A stretch of 64,000 nt of DNA from the NCBI GenBank assembly GCA_001600695.1, contig BCKQ01000004.1, forward strand, positions 101,421 through 165,420, written 5' to 3'. The number at the start of each line of letters is the position of its first letter. The stretch's first letter is position 1. Both the position numbers and the translations under genes were made by a program. The notes beneath the pieces are model-generated. The model was not told the origin of the DNA. It was given only the letters and a program-made list of their open reading frames with translations, and made no database searches. This document shows positions 11,601-22,347 of this stretch, piece by piece. The DNA comes from Ascoidea asiatica JCM 7603 (lineage: Eukaryota; Fungi; Ascomycota).

Positions 11601-11708
11601 TTCTAGATAATTAAGGGCGATTGATTTTGACTCATTTTGAGAATTTGAATTTAAAGTAGTTAAAGCTTCTTTTAAATTTTGAATTTGACCAGTTATATCT
11701 ATATTCAT
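8616..11708 (-). CDS. MTR10: Importin-beta family nuclear import receptor Mtr10 (transportin-SR)
   Basis: Motifs FFAAQTLRSKI, FKEFRYEMGDVLKDC, WQKVEAAFFALRSMAKEV and GRYTEWTSKHP match Mtr10; HEAT-repeat character. Confidence 0.9.
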   Translation of the reverse strand: MNIDITGQIQNLKEALTTLNSNSQNESKSIALNYLESFQKSNEAWNIIKLILMDNASEQNKFNNSSSFSAEAKFFAAQTLRSKIIYDLSQLQTDSSTTNLDQLKELIFELINLYTFTYNLKVIRTQLYISLVNLSLQHLNWSTPVLDIISNFEIHENSISLLEFLKILPEEVSSSNKTPLTDEQFKSRADILINTTIADQILSLLINLIQQNNKSLSSLILAALPGWIKEFQLHKILSITSITDLIFSSLNPNHKDFENAIDTLVIIVKDSKDYADPDVNDTDLINALYTQIMTQLQPVLVNNFDDMNTVNNLTRLFVEAGEAWHILIVKNPEFFNPLVQTILKCTSYPEDLEIAKYSFYFWYMLKQMLCISKFADAKLYFKQTYTDLTKIIIELLKYPVNNDLSLDQSMNIKLLFDNDLESLDKFKEFRYEMGDVLKDCISIIGSTDGLTIPYEVLSQYINDLNNIKLPNNWQKVEAAFFALRSMAKEVSLSENLILPKIMNLIPNLPNDNIKIRYSITLFFGRYTEWTSKHPDYLQAQLNYIIDNFSMQNLNSDIDVDSDLTNASSHSLMFFCQDCSTLLVNFLPQLFTFFSNVMSKINTISLYELTDGIGHIVSQQNDLQAFESSKLFLGPILTSLTKYNSCATNKDFSSLPISNEEELYIKIADEIEIVSVFLSILKPKNLQAETNSIANLIMEFVWPIIKALIDNFGFSLKVSERGLKFIKCSLETFSTYLLPILDEIINVLTIGFKQYHFGCYIWLTGVVIREFNDEYVTDEIKASVVQFSFNQTQTFLEFFNAKTKLPIPDNNFKALLEKGQSDTLIEIADNIEDFFRMMTEFLTFYPFEFIRSIDVVFKALEIALYSLNLDRFDTLTSVLHFLVDLLSWGFEYPPVSLMDDTPDDVKQIIFSILLNNSNDFLQNYSFKLLTKLVFGLCFKFPIDCHYEAYDLINKILQLCLMSSESENGQLILKWLVNLILLFPPGTVLKPEKEKLINSVASCLPSKDFRRVKSSIRDFISYYSRRNNRLNA

Positions 11709-12531
11709 ATTATTTATTCTGTTGATTTGAAAAATTCAATTTACTAGTTGAAATTGGTTTAATTGTTAAAAATTGATGAATTGAAATTAATAATTTGTAC
11801 GAATAATTTTATGGTATTTGTTAATAGTAAAGTTAGCATTTCTGCAGTAATCTTCATTCTTCATAGTACCGGTACAGTAAACGTGGATCTATCTGTTCGG
11901 ATTTACCAAAAAAGTAATTATTGGAAGAAACTAACAATAACCGGAGAACCCATACCAAGTTTATTCGCATTAAAAAGCACAAGAAAATGAATAAAACGTG
12001 ATATCCAATTTCTTCAGTTTTAAACCAGAACACGAGAAAAGTTCTGATTACAGCCACATTGGAAACACTAATAAAATAATTCCCTTTCAAAAGAAAATAG
12101 AATAAGTTACGTAACTACTGTAGAGTAAAAGTGTTGCAATCAAAGAGATAATTGATAAGGAATCGAGCTTTAAGCTGATAATTTTACTAACATTTGCGTT
12201 TTTCCTCACCTCAAAAAAAATCAAAAAACAATAGAATACAAATATTAATTCAAAAATAATATGAATGAGTAGCAGTGGTGAAAAAAAGACGTTTCTAAAA
12301 GAAAATCTTCCAGTTTGTTTTGAAGAAGTATCGCTTACAAATGATGCCAGTTCATTTCTCGAAGTGAATGAAAACACCGATATTATTACTAACGTTAATG
12401 TTATGAACTCAATTGAGGGGTGGGGCTAAGCCTCATTTGCCACACAAATTTAACAACACACTATCGTGGCAAATTTAAAGAGAAGTCTGTGAAAAATATT
12501 AACTTCGCAAAATTAATTTTCCTGATAGAAT

Positions 12532-12552
12532 CACGTGCAATTGGATAGGGCT
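12532..12552 (+). promoter_or_regulatory. Cbf1-type E-box plus Tbf1-type site upstream of RPS4
   Basis: TCACGTG-CAATTGGA-TAGGGCT, plus inverted TAGCCCTA at 12698-12705; the same module occurs upstream of RPL19. Confidence 0.7.
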
Positions 12553-12852
12553 GTTTAATTGAAAAAAAAAACCCCAGTCCAAATTGAGTCTCACTGGCTT
12601 CTCACACTGGCATCCTACTGAATTCGAAGTTAGAGCCTAAACGTGATCATCAGCTTGACAGCAATGATTGATTCAGAACTTCCAGAACCTCGTTCCATAG
12701 CCCTAGAGCGGTCTGTTGTAGCTCCACTGTTTTTGGACTTTACTACAAATCCCAAATTAATTATTTCAAATATATTGAAGGAAATATTAATAAAAGTACC
12801 TTAGGATAAAAGATTACAATTTGATATTAATTAAAGAATAGTAACAATCAAA

Positions 12853-14098
12853 ATGGCTAGAGGACCGTAAGTGTTTTAATAAAGCATTAGTGTGAAATAA
12901 TGATTAATCCATTAAATCAAAGAGTAAACTAAAAGATGATGAAAAATTCAGTAAATTAGAGAAAAAATGTATCAAAAAGATCAACTAAATTATAGAAAAA
13001 TTCGAAAACTAAAATTGGCTAATCAAAGAAATGAAGAATTCAAATAAAAAGGGTTTTAACAGGTTAAAAATAATTAGGAAATCATAAAATCAATTATCAA
13101 TGTATTAGTTTTTTATGGTGTAATAATAGAATAAAAATTGTAATTTCAGGATCATCGTATTATTGATCAAAAACTAGAAAAATATCAAGTCAAACAAGTT
13201 TTTTTTACCATTTGGACATTGTTTCTTTATTTTAAACCCAATAATTTTTAATAATTTCAATGCTCCCATTCTTCTTTTATGGAATCATTACTAACTGATT
13301 ATTTTTTATTTTTGAAATTAAATTAGAAAAAAACATCTTAAAAGATTAGCAGCTCCAAAACATTGGATGTTGGATAAATTAAGTGGTACATATGCTCCAC
13401 GTCCATCCCAAGGTCCACATAAATTAGGTGAATCTTTACCATTAATTGTGTTTTTAAGAAATAGATTAAAGTATGCATTAAATGGTCGTGAAGTAAAAGC
13501 TATTTTAATGCAACGTCATGTTAAAGTTGATGGAAAAGTTAGAACTGATACTACTTTTCCAGCTGGTTTCATGGATGTAATTACTTTAGATGCTACAAAT
13601 GAAAATTTCCGTTTAATTTATGATATTAAAGGTAGATTTGCTGTTCATCGTATTAGTGATGAAGAAGCTACATATAAATTAGCAAAAGTTAAAAAAGTTC
13701 AATTAGGTAAAAAAGGTATTCCTTTCATTGTTTCACATGATGGTAGAACTATCCGTTATCCTGATCCAGCTATTAGAGTTAATGATACTGTTAAAATTGA
13801 TTTAGCTACAGGAAAAGTATCTGACTTTTTAAAATTTGATACTGGAAAATTAGTTATGGCAACTGGTGGTCGTAACATGGGTAGAGTTGGTGTTATTACT
13901 CACCGTGAAAGACATGAAGGTGGTTTTGATATAGTTCACATTAAAGATTCTTTAGATAACAGTTTTGCTACTCGTTTATCTAATGTTTTTATTATTGGGG
14001 AACCAGGAAAGCCATGGATTTCATTACCAAAAGGAAAAGGTATTAAACTTACTATTGCTGAAGAACGTGATCGTCGTCGTGCTCAACAAGAATTATAA
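12853..14098 (+). CDS. RPS4: 40S ribosomal protein S4 (eS4); exons 12853-12866 and 13327-14098
   Basis: Spliced product MARGP|[20 protein letters not shown]...; eS4 sequence throughout. Confidence 0.97.
12867..13326 (+). other. Spliceosomal intron of RPS4 (460 nt)
   Basis: GTAAGT donor, TACTAAC at 13289-13295, TAG acceptor; splicing restores the conserved N-terminus. Confidence 0.93.
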
Positions 14099-14571
14099 GT
14101 TATGTATAATATCAAAAGCTATATAATTTAATAAAGTTGTTCAAATAACAATAAAAATATAAAACAAATAAAGATTTAAACTTTCTGCAAAATGTAGTTT
14201 ATTTTAGAATTGTTTTTTAATTAAGTTAATATCGTTTACTTAAGCTTAAAAGTTTTCAGGGAAAGAAAAAATTTAGCATTAGTTTCTCCTCTTCTGCTTA
14301 AAAATTTCGAAAGGGAATGAAATTTTGGAAAAAAATTTGAAAAGGCTTGAAATGCTTTAAAACACTGACAAATTCAAATAAAGTGGGCTCTGACAGTTGA
14401 AAAAAAAACTTTATGAACTTGAAAAATGCTTTAACAAGCATTTTTCATTCAGTAGATTATTGATTAATTTATTCCAAAACTACATAAAATATAACATAGT
14501 AAACTTAATATACAGATAAGAAAAATCACTTTAATTCTAACAAAAATAAAACCGAGAGATTTTTTTTTTTT

Positions 14572-15188
14572 TTAAATGGATCCAAGGTAATCCTCTTTGA
14601 TACTTCCAATTGCAAATATTTCATGAACATCAGCTCTTGTACCTATGATTTTTAATCTGACTTTACTTCCTTTTGCAATATGCTGTTCATCAGAAGAATA
14701 AGCAGGGGGGTTTGCAGTAGGATTATACTGCATATCAGATGGTATTAAGGATTTTGAAACAAAAATTGGAACAGGACCTGCTTCAGCTTTAAATCCTTGA
14801 GGCGACACCAATGATACAAGTGCATCAACCACCTCTCCTTTAAATGGTTTCCATACAACAGCTTTATATTTCACTTCGAATTCAGCAGCACCAGAACCAG
14901 GAACAATTTTTCCTTTTCCAATATCAATTTTCATACAATCTAAAACACAGACTATATAACCTATCTGACCAGAACAAGTTCCCTCAACATCAGTCAAAAG
15001 TTTCTCTCGTAGAAACTGGTTCATTTGAGGACCAAAATAAGAAGGATGTAAGGTCAAATTGAGGGTTAAGTCTTTCTACAAAAAAAACAATGTTGTTAAG
15101 AGACCGAGTTAGTAAATTGATAATCTTAACAACTAAATAACTAAAATTTTTAAGGTAATATAATATTAAAACTTACAATGAAAAACAT
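14572..15188 (-). CDS. RPB7: RNA polymerase II subunit Rpb7; exons 15188-15177 and 15075-14572 (171 aa)
   Basis: MFFI|[16 protein letters not shown]...[10 protein letters not shown]; 101-nt intron 15176-15076 with GTAAGT/TACTAAC/TAG. Confidence 0.96.
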
Positions 15189-15542
15189 TGATGATATATC
15201 ATATATTGTCCTGAAGAATTCCCTACCACCAATTGTGAAATTTTTTATTTTATCAAGTTTATTTCAATAAATTTAAATTCATTTCAATTCATTTCAATTC
15301 ATTTCTACATATTTTTATTTAAAATCAATAGTAAATAGTAAATATGGTGAGTTTATCAAGCTAAAATTACCGGCACGGTTCAAACAGTATGGAAATGAAA
15401 ATTGAAACGGAATAACGTACTACGCCACATTATATTTCTACAGTACCGATAGTAATAACGTTGATAAAAAACTTACCTCATAAATTACATAAGCGCACGC
15501 CACAAACTCAACACTACCAATACTGGCATTGGAATACTGATG

Positions 15543-15571
15543 AACAGTAACTTTACAGTAAAGTTACTGTT
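15543..15571. repeat. Perfect 29-bp palindrome in the RPB7/MRPL23 divergent promoter
   Basis: AACAGTAACTTTAC-A-GTAAAGTTACTGTT. Confidence 0.9.
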
Positions 15572-15713
15572 ATTTTTGAAGGAAGCTGAAAATTAATTTG
15601 ACGAATACCAAACATAGAGAAAAAGCAAAAAAATAAAAGGTATTTATCGATCTTTAATTCATAGAATAATTTACAAGAACTTAAAGTATTCATTGATAAC
15701 TACACTTTGTGAA

Positions 15714-16277
15714 ATGTCTCAATACATAGGGAAAGTAAGTATGATGTTTAGTGTTTTTCAATCTATTAGAAATTGTTTTGTAATATTATCAAGTTCATGA
15801 ATTACTAATATTAATTCATTTTACTTATCTATTAAGACTGCTTTAGCACTTTCAAAAATCTGGCATCAGGTAGATGTATCGCAAGATCCAAGAACATTGG
15901 GTAGACTTGCATCTTCAATAGCTGTTACTTTAATGGGCAAGCATAAGCCTATATTTGATCCTTCCTTAGATTGTGGTGATTATGTTGTAGTGACAAATTG
16001 TGCTGATTTAAAAGTCACTGGTAAAAAAATGAAACAAAAAACATACTGGTCTCATAGTACAAAACCAGGTCATTTGAAATTAATAACAATGGAAAAAATG
16101 ATTGAAAATAAAGGATATACTGAAATATTAAGAAAGGCTGTTAATGGTATGTTACCCAAAAATAGATTACGTGCAAAAAGAATGGAAAGATTAAAGCTTT
16201 TTGATGGATCTGAACATCCTTATAAAAAAAATATAATAAAGTTTTATGAAAATACTGAATTTAATACAATAAAATGA
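15714..16277 (+). CDS. MRPL23: Mitochondrial ribosomal protein uL13m; exons 15714-15734 and 15837-16277
   Basis: MSQYIGK|[26 protein letters not shown]...GKHKP...DCGDYVVV; 102-nt intron with GTAAGT/TACTAAT/AAG. Confidence 0.93.
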
Positions 16278-16432
16278 AGAATTTTTCATTTTTTTATTAC
16301 TTGTAAATAGGCAAAATATATATTTAATTATAAATTATTTTTATAAAATTTTAAAACTTCTACTGTATAACTATTGAAAAATCTATTAAAAGTTTAAATA
16401 AAATTTTTAAATAATGAGATATTTTTTTCAAA

Positions 16433-19009
16433 TTAATTTTCTAAAGTTAGTTGACTTAGCTTATTTTCCATTTGAATTAAAGAATCTTCTAAAGTTTTTG
16501 AAGCATCCTTTATCATTAAATCTTGATTATTAATAGATTTTTTTAAATTATTTAATTGATAAATATTTGTACGAAATTTATTTTCAAAATTTAAATTATT
16601 ATTATTATTTAATTTATCCTTAATGAAATTTAATTGAGTTTTGAAATTCGTAGATTGATTTAATAAATTCGGAATAAGTTTTGAATTAAAAAGTAATAAT
16701 TCTTTGAAAAAATTTAATTCTTCATCATTTATAGGTAAATTTTTATTTTTCTCATTTAAATTTTTAATTAAAATTTTAAATCTTAAATCGATTTTTTCTT
16801 GCCTTTTTAAAGAATTGATTAAAACTTGATTATTATTTGAATTAATATTAAAATTTTCAATATTTTTAATTTTTTTATTAATTTCATTTAATTTAATCAA
16901 TTGATTTTCAAACTCAATTTTTTGTAAAGAAATTATATATCTTAAATTATATTCAAATTTATAAAAATTTAAAATTTTTGAATAAAATTCATTTGAAGTT
17001 AAATTAAAAGCATTTATTATATTCTGATTTTTTTCTTCGTTTTCTAAATTTTGAAAATTTTTAGAATCATTATTTAATTTGAGTTTTTCATTTAAATTAT
17101 TATGAATAATTGGATTTGAATTAAATTTATTAAAAATATTATTCTGATTAGATATCAAATTATGTAATAGTTTTAATTGATTGATCGAAGATTTATTAAT
17201 TATAGGAACATTTGAGTTAATATTAGAATTAATGTTAGAATTAAGATTTAAATTATTTGAAATTTTTGATAAATCTTGAATTGAAGAATTTTCAAGATTA
17301 TTTGAGTCAGTATAATTATTAATATTTTCATAATCATCATCATCATCAATTTGTAAGATATTAATAATATGGGTTGATAAAGAAAGAATATAATTATTAC
17401 CAGAAAAATTATTATTTAAAATAGTTAAAGATTTAATTGAATTTTTAGTTTTATTTGGTGAATTTGAAATAATTTTAATATCATTTGGTAAAATATTATT
17501 ATTATTTAATAAAAATTGATTAAATTTCATAGAATTATTTTCAATTATAGAGTTATTTAATAATTTACCCCATTTGAAGAAATCTAATTTTAATATAAGA
17601 TTATTGTAAAAAATAAAAAATATGCAAGGTATATTATCATTTGGCTTTATTAAAAGTATATTATTATTTGATTTATTTGATTGATATGATGTATTGGAAG
17701 AGTTAGGTAACTGAATAGATTGTAATAGAGTTAAAGTAGTACCATCATCATCATTTTCTTCTTCTTCTTCTTCTTCATTTTCATCATTGTTATCAACCTT
17801 AACATATTCTTCTTGATCATCTTGATGTATTTGGTGATTATTAATCCATTTCATTTGAAAAGAAGTATTATTATAATCTGGTAATAAAGATAAAATTGAA
17901 CCATTTGAAAAAGAAGCAAATAATAAATTTATTGAACCAGAATTTATGGAAATTAAATTTTTTCCTTCAATTGAATAATCATTATCAAGATAAGAAGGAT
18001 AAGGTAATAAAGTATAAGGACCTTGTAATTTTAAATTATTAATTTTATAAATTGGAACTAAATTTAATAAATTATTATTTGAATTTTTAATATGAGGTAA
18101 AGATTGAATTAATAAATGATTAATCCAATTATTTTGATTTAAATTATTTGAATTAGAAAAAGAGGATAAAAAAGATAAAAAAGAAAAAGGAACAGATAGA
18201 ATTTTTGGAAAAAAAGGATAAAGAGAATAAATATCACCTTCTTTTGAGAATATATATAAAGTTAAAGAAGCAATTGGATTTGAATAGTTTGAAGAGATTA
18301 AATCAGAACCAAAAGATATTGAGATTGGTTTTTGTATTGAAGATAAATTTGAAGATAAATTTGAAGATAATTTTGAAGATAATTTTGAAGTTATTTGATT
18401 TTTATTTAAATTAATAGAATCAAAAGGAGATATATAAGAATTAATTAAATCAAAAGATCTAATAATTGAATCATTTGATAAAATTATTAAATTTGAATCA
18501 TTTTTTGAGATTGAATTCCAAATAACATTTAAAATTTTTAAATTTATATTATTTGAACTATAAATAAATTTACCAATTTGAAAATAATCTAAATTTATAA
18601 AAGAGTTATTATTATTATTATTATTATTATTATTGAATAAAGAAGATAATATTTGAAATGGAGGTAAATTAATTACGAAAATATTGTTATCACCAATTAT
18701 TGCTAATAAAGTACCAGAATTATTCAACTCAATTGCTTTTATAATAAAATTAATTTTAGGTAAATTTAATAATTTATAAGAATAAGAATAAGATTTAGGA
18801 TTATAATTTAAAGAAGAATCATTGATTATGGTGTATCTAATAGTATTATTGATGGCAAAAAATAATTCATTGTTATTTCTGGAGGCGAGGTTATTTGAAT
18901 TGGCTAATTGAGAAGAATTTGAAGAACTTGAGGAGGGAGGAGAAGCAGCTTCGATATCTCCAAATATAGGATGGGCTTTAATCGATTGGGAAAAAGAGCA
19001 AGAAGCCAT
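16433..19009 (-). CDS. NUP82: Nucleoporin Nup82-like (beta-propeller plus C-terminal coiled coil), Asn-expanded
   Basis: First ATG at 19009 (the track start 19030 is GTG); motifs HPIF, LNNSGTLLAIIG, EGDIYSLYPFFP, LQGP; coiled-coil tail. Confidence 0.8.
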   Translation of the reverse strand: MASCSFSQSIKAHPIFGDIEAASPPSSSSSNSSQLANSNNLASRNNNELFFAINNTIRYTIINDSSLNYNPKSYSYSYKLLNLPKINFIIKAIELNNSGTLLAIIGDNNIFVINLPPFQILSSLFNNNNNNNNNNSFINLDYFQIGKFIYSSNNINLKILNVIWNSISKNDSNLIILSNDSIIRSFDLINSYISPFDSINLNKNQITSKLSSKLSSNLSSNLSSIQKPISISFGSDLISSNYSNPIASLTLYIFSKEGDIYSLYPFFPKILSVPFSFLSFLSSFSNSNNLNQNNWINHLLIQSLPHIKNSNNNLLNLVPIYKINNLKLQGPYTLLPYPSYLDNDYSIEGKNLISINSGSINLLFASFSNGSILSLLPDYNNTSFQMKWINNHQIHQDDQEEYVKVDNNDENEEEEEEENDDDGTTLTLLQSIQLPNSSNTSYQSNKSNNNILLIKPNDNIPCIFFIFYNNLILKLDFFKWGKLLNNSIIENNSMKFNQFLLNNNNILPNDIKIISNSPNKTKNSIKSLTILNNNFSGNNYILSLSTHIINILQIDDDDDYENINNYTDSNNLENSSIQDLSKISNNLNLNSNINSNINSNVPIINKSSINQLKLLHNLISNQNNIFNKFNSNPIIHNNLNEKLKLNNDSKNFQNLENEEKNQNIINAFNLTSNEFYSKILNFYKFEYNLRYIISLQKIEFENQLIKLNEINKKIKNIENFNINSNNNQVLINSLKRQEKIDLRFKILIKNLNEKNKNLPINDEELNFFKELLLFNSKLIPNLLNQSTNFKTQLNFIKDKLNNNNNLNFENKFRTNIYQLNNLKKSINNQDLMIKDASKTLEDSLIQMENKLSQLTLEN

Positions 19010-19189
19010 GACACAACAACAGCAAAGCACAAATTAATATAAAAGAAAAGGTGAAAGAAACAAAAACAGAGACATCAAAAGAGACATAAACAGAGGCAAA
19101 TCAGAAATAGTCAAGAACCAGAAGAACCACAAGAACCAAAAGAAACAGAAGAAGCAAGAACTGATTCAAAACAAAAAAGATAAAACGCA

Positions 19190-19430
19190 GGGTAACTATG
19201 GTTTCACGTGCAGGTTTCTTGAGATGAATTCCGGACTGAATCCAAGGCCATTTCCGGCCGACAGTGGCGATGAGCATGTGTTTGTGGCCTTGTGAAGTGG
19301 AAAGGAGACTGTCGACTACACAGGTAATTGCTTGGGGAGGCAGTGATTTCAAAGGCAGATGTGTGCGGGTAAGCGTGTTGCAGCAGCTCCTCTGGCCCAG
19401 GTGCCGATATCTTTACCTTTTCAGAAGCAC
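19190..19430. promoter_or_regulatory. GC-rich promoter island between divergent NUP82 and ATG40-like genes
   Basis: TCACGTG at 19204, PAC GCGATGAG at 19267-19274, Reb1-like CGGGTAA at ~19366; sharply more GC-rich than the flanks. Confidence 0.65.
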
Positions 19431-19433
19431 TTT

Positions 19434-19481
19434 ACTATCAGTACCACTATCAGTACCACTATCAGTACCACTATCAGTACC
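19434..19481. repeat. 12-bp tandem repeat ACTATCAGTACC x4
   Basis: Four exact copies. Confidence 0.95.
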
Positions 19482-19619
19482 ATATTATCTGCTATTATCC
19501 TGAACTACAGAACCGATACTTGATATTTGGTATTTGATATTTAATATGTACAGTAGTAATATCCTCACTGCTCTTTCTGCTACAGTAAAGAGATCTTTGA
19601 TTTGGAATTATATTATATA

Positions 19620-19945
19620 CAGTATATTATATAGATTGTATAGATTGTATATATTGTATATATTGTACATATTGTTTAAATTGTATATATTGTATATTGT
19701 ACATATTGTATAAATTGTATATATATTGGACATCTCCTCTTCAAATCTATCCAAATTTAATCTCATCACCTCTTAATACATTAATATTTTTTCTTGTTTC
19801 TTTGCTTTTTTTACTTTTATTACAATAGTAATAATAAATTGCATTGATCTCATCTTATATTATCTTGATATCTTTTCTTATCTTATCTTATACTATCTTA
19901 TACTATCTTATAGTATCTTATCCTAAATTATCCTAAATTATCCTA
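19620..19945. repeat. Degenerate simple repeats (ATATTGT-like, TCTTA-like, TATCCTAAAT) upstream of the ATG40-like gene
   Basis: Visible short-period arrays. Confidence 0.75.
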
Positions 19946-20140
19946 TATTTTTATTGCTCGTTACTATTTACAATTACACTTCAACTTTGCATCTATATTT
20001 CTCCAAAATATATCATTTATTCTTATAAAACAATACACTACTTTGTATATTCCATTAATCTCAAATTCATTTTCAATTTAATTAATTTTAATTATATTCA
20101 TATCAAAAATACCCTTTAATTAATTTTAAAATTCTATCAA

Positions 20141-21094
20141 ATGTTTGACTTATTATTAGATTCAATAACTTTCGCAATTTCTGTATTATTTCCAATCTAT
20201 GCTTCTTTTAAAGCAATTAATTCAAAGAATAATTTATTATTAAAACATTGGTTAATTTATTGGTTAATATTTATATTATCTTTTTCATTTTTAAATTTTT
20301 TTAATTTTTTTTTAAAATTTTTACCTTTTTTTCATTTTTTAAAATTATATTATTTCCTTTGGTTACTTTTACCAAATTCAAAAGGTTCTATATTTTTATA
20401 TTTAAATTACTTATCTCCATTTTTATATTCAAATCAATTCAAAATTGAATCTTTTATCAATAATTCAATTCATGATATAAAATCAAATATTGATGATTTC
20501 AAAAATTTTTTTTTTTCTTTAATCAATTTGAATTATAATAATTCAATTAACAAAAATAACAATAACAATAATAATAATAATAATAATAACAATAATAATA
20601 ATACTAATTATTCACATTCTTATTTTCAATCTTTTCTAGATAAATTTGTTGATAATCAAAATCAATTTCAAAATCAATTTCAAAATAGCAAACTTAATCA
20701 AAATCAAAATCAAATTCAATCTATACCAAATTTATTACAAAGCTTTCTTTTCACTCTTCCCGATTCAAATATAAATAATTTAAATTCAACAGATAATGAT
20801 ATTTTAAATAATACTTTATCTGATACCTTAAAAGATACTTTAAAATCTAATTTAAACTCAAATATAAAAAATAATTTAAGTTCTTTCTCTTTAGATTTCG
20901 ATTTAGTAAATAAAGAAGAAGCAAATCCTCCACCACCTACGAATTCTTACAACTCAGATTTAAACTCCTCTTTAAATTCTTCAAATTCTTCAGTCAATGA
21001 TTCTTCAATAAACAATTCCTCAAATAATAATTCGTCCAATAATGGTTCTTCTTGGTTTCAATCTTGGTTATCTTCTAAACAAAAATCATCTTAA
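20141..21094 (+). CDS. TB2/DP1/HVA22 (REEP/Yop1) family protein, probable Atg40-like ER-phagy receptor
   Basis: FPIYASFKAI...WLIYW...LPFF...LWLLLP...GS..LY domain; disordered tail with AIM-like DFDLV; lies near RPB2, as S. cerevisiae ATG40 does. Confidence 0.75.
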   Translation: MFDLLLDSITFAISVLFPIYASFKAINSKNNLLLKHWLIYWLIFILSFSFLNFFNFFLKFLPFFHFLKLYYFLWLLLPNSKGSIFLYLNYLSPFLYSNQFKIESFINNSIHDIKSNIDDFKNFFFSLINLNYNNSINKNNNNNNNNNNNNNNNNTNYSHSYFQSFLDKFVDNQNQFQNQFQNSKLNQNQNQIQSIPNLLQSFLFTLPDSNINNLNSTDNDILNNTLSDTLKDTLKSNLNSNIKNNLSSFSLDFDLVNKEEANPPPPTNSYNSDLNSSLNSSNSSVNDSSINNSSNNNSSNNGSSWFQSWLSSKQKSS

Positions 21095-21576
21095 TATCAA
21101 TTATAATCTCTTTTTTCATTCAGTTAGCTTATTTATTCTATGCTATTCTATTTTAAATGCTTCATGATTATGACTCTTTGACATAATTTCATTTTATTAT
21201 TTATTTACTTGTCCTTGATTTATATTGACTTTTCGATTAAAACATTATCTTAACTTACTTTGAATTGGTTTTCTTTTCTTATATTTCTTTATTTCTTTAT
21301 TTCTTACCTTATCTTATCTTATGATTTTTTATCAATTTTTATGCTTCTTTCTTTCCGGTTTCCATTTTTCTTTCTTATTTACTTATGCTTTTAATTATTT
21401 CATATTATTTTATATATATCTTTTACTTCTACACTCTTCTACTTTTAATCTACAGTATTTTCATTTAAATTTTAATTATTGAAATTTATTTTTATTAACA
21501 TCGTTTATAATTATTAAATTATTATTTATTTTAATATATTGTATTTACAAAAAAATTCTATTCATTAATTTTGAAA

Positions 21577-22347
21577 TTAATTTTTAGAATTAAGATATTT
21601 TATTATTAATTGTTTTTCTTCAATTTCTTGATTATATAATTCTCCTTTAATTTTTTTATTCATTAATATTCTTTCTGTTTTTTTACTAATAAATGGTTCT
21701 GCTCTAATATATCCTTTTGGATAAAATATTCCATCAAAACTTTTAATTGGTTTTTGAATATCACTACCAACTCTTCCACCAACTTCTTCATAATATTTAT
21801 CTAATTCTTTAAAATATGAAATATGACTTTCTGCAGAATCATCTTCATTTGATGAAAAACTTTCTTTTGGCCAAATAAATGGTTCTTCCATATCAATTGT
21901 CATTTTTTTAATTTGACTTTGTCTATAACGTGGTCCACCAGATTTATCCATTTGCCATGATCCTGGTAATAATTGCGTAGTAATATTTAATGCTCTTAAG
22001 CCATAAATATGAAATAAATAATCTCTTAAATCTAATTTATTGAAAGATTTTGGTACAATAAATTTTGCTTGATATGGTGTATGTTTAGCATTTGGACGTA
22101 ATAAAATTATACGTGCTTTTGGAAAATAAATTTTATTTTCACCAACTTTGAAATGTGGTTTACCTTTTAATATTGCACTTCTTTGCCAATCTAAAAGTTT
22201 TTCAGATAATGTCTTTTTTTTCACTAAATTATTACTTTTATTGAATTTACCATTTTTTATTATTGATTTTGTAGTCAATGTTGCAATTCCAAAAGTTTTT
22301 CTAAACCTGTTAATATTTGAAATAATTCTTGAAGTTAGTCTAGTCAT
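21577..22347 (-). CDS. MRP20: Mitochondrial ribosomal protein uL23m
   Basis: PHFKVG..KIYFPKARIILLRPNAKHTPYQAKFIVPKSFNKLDLRDYL. Confidence 0.93.
   Translation of the reverse strand: MTRLTSRIISNINRFRKTFGIATLTTKSIIKNGKFNKSNNLVKKKTLSEKLLDWQRSAILKGKPHFKVGENKIYFPKARIILLRPNAKHTPYQAKFIVPKSFNKLDLRDYLFHIYGLRALNITTQLLPGSWQMDKSGGPRYRQSQIKKMTIDMEEPFIWPKESFSSNEDDSAESHISYFKELDKYYEEVGGRVGSDIQKPIKSFDGIFYPKGYIRAEPFISKKTERILMNKKIKGELYNQEIEEKQLIIKYLNSKN

Noticed and set aside
11960-12240. Possible intron-hosted C/D snoRNA (CTGA boxes, TACTAAC at 12185, AG at 12234)
   Set aside because: No good C box, no GTAAGT/GTATGT donor, and only a partial rRNA-complementary guide
12265-12429. 54-aa ATG ORF (MSSSGEKKTFLKENLP...)
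   Set aside because: No recognisable homology and it lies in promoter DNA; cannot be supported without expression data
19101-19503. Short ORFs over the GC island (likewise 39713-40066, 52028-52210, 60068-60382, 61330-61669)
   Set aside because: Stop codons are depleted in GC-rich, repeat-containing promoter DNA; codon usage is unlike real genes; no domains
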